64,000 nt of DNA from an uncultured Candidatus Cloacimonadota bacterium. GTDB taxonomy: Bacteria > Cloacimonadota > Cloacimonadia > Cloacimonadales > TCS61. This document shows, piece after piece, positions 63,922-64,000 of the stretch. Where the stretch lies: contig CAYWJN010000001.1 in NCBI GenBank assembly GCA_964457455.1, forward strand, positions 5,648 to 69,647, read 5' to 3'. Under the pieces are notes generated by a model. It was given only the letters and a program-made list of their open reading frames with translations, ran no database searches and had not been told where the DNA came from. The translations under genes and the position numbers were made by a program. The stretch's first letter is position 1. Every line of letters starts with the position of its first letter.

Positions 63922-64000
63922 AAACTATATTAATCGCTGGCGGTGGCGGATTGATTGTCGGTGGCTTTTTGGGGGCATTATTGTTTCCAAGAAAAGCAAA
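63918..64000 (+). CDS. partial ORF, Gly-rich membrane N-terminus (runs off the window)
   Basis: ATGA overlap start. Translation MKTILIAGGGGLIVGGFLGALLF. Confidence 0.45.
   Translation, partial: MKTILIAGGGGLIVGGFLGALLFPRKA

Noticed and set aside
1-64000. Alternative genetic code (stop-codon reassignment), as seen in some large gut phages
   Set aside because: Standard code 11 gives long contiguous ORFs covering most of the + strand, with all three stop codons used as terminators. No pattern of in-frame TAG, TGA or TAA interrupts otherwise continuous genes.

Overview
The window is a 64 kb, AT-rich gene array with almost all genes on the + strand. AGGAG-type Shine-Dalgarno sites are strong and ATGA/GTGA start-stop overlaps are frequent. 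I read it as the accessory, packaging, head, tail, baseplate and fibre region of a large contractile-tailed phage or prophage. The host is probably low-GC and SD-using; that host guess is inference only.

Gene order:
- 0.4-6 kb: small accessory genes, including a LicD fragment, an SDR, a HAD-like protein and an HNH nuclease.
- 6-15 kb: large unknown proteins plus a paralog-rich block.
- 15.2 kb: TerL.
- 18.5 kb: putative portal.
- 22-25.7 kb: a second paralog-rich block.
- 25.7-31 kb: prohead protease, scaffold-like acidic proteins and the major capsid protein.
- 31.8-40.2 kb: neck, sheath, duplicated tube, chaperone with a -1 frameshift site, and tape measure.
- 40-62 kb: baseplate and fibre module, with an embedded sigma factor.
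- 62-64 kb: tandem-PAS protein, a strong terminator, and small membrane proteins.

I recognised no rRNA, tRNA, CRISPR array, integrase or transposase.

Main hunt result: a conserved N-terminal decapeptide (consensus MKCPxI[IV]KEA) heads or punctuates at least 14 otherwise dissimilar reading frames. These include two protein-kinase-like paralogs, a multidomain protein with an HExxH metalloprotease module, a J-domain protein, and many small glycine-zipper proteins. They cluster around the packaging genes and directly upstream of the prohead protease. A matching LIKEA site sits at the N-terminus of the putative capsid protein. I interpret this as a capsid-targeting and protease-processing leader for a family of packaged, ejected cargo proteins. 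That interpretation is inference.

Other notable signals:
- Two pairs of exact 26-nt and 30-nt in-frame direct repeats shared by unrelated genes.
- A canonical frameshift cassette.
- A repeated hairpin-SD leader element.
- Several decaying paralogs.

All functional calls rest on motif recognition and synteny. No database search was possible.
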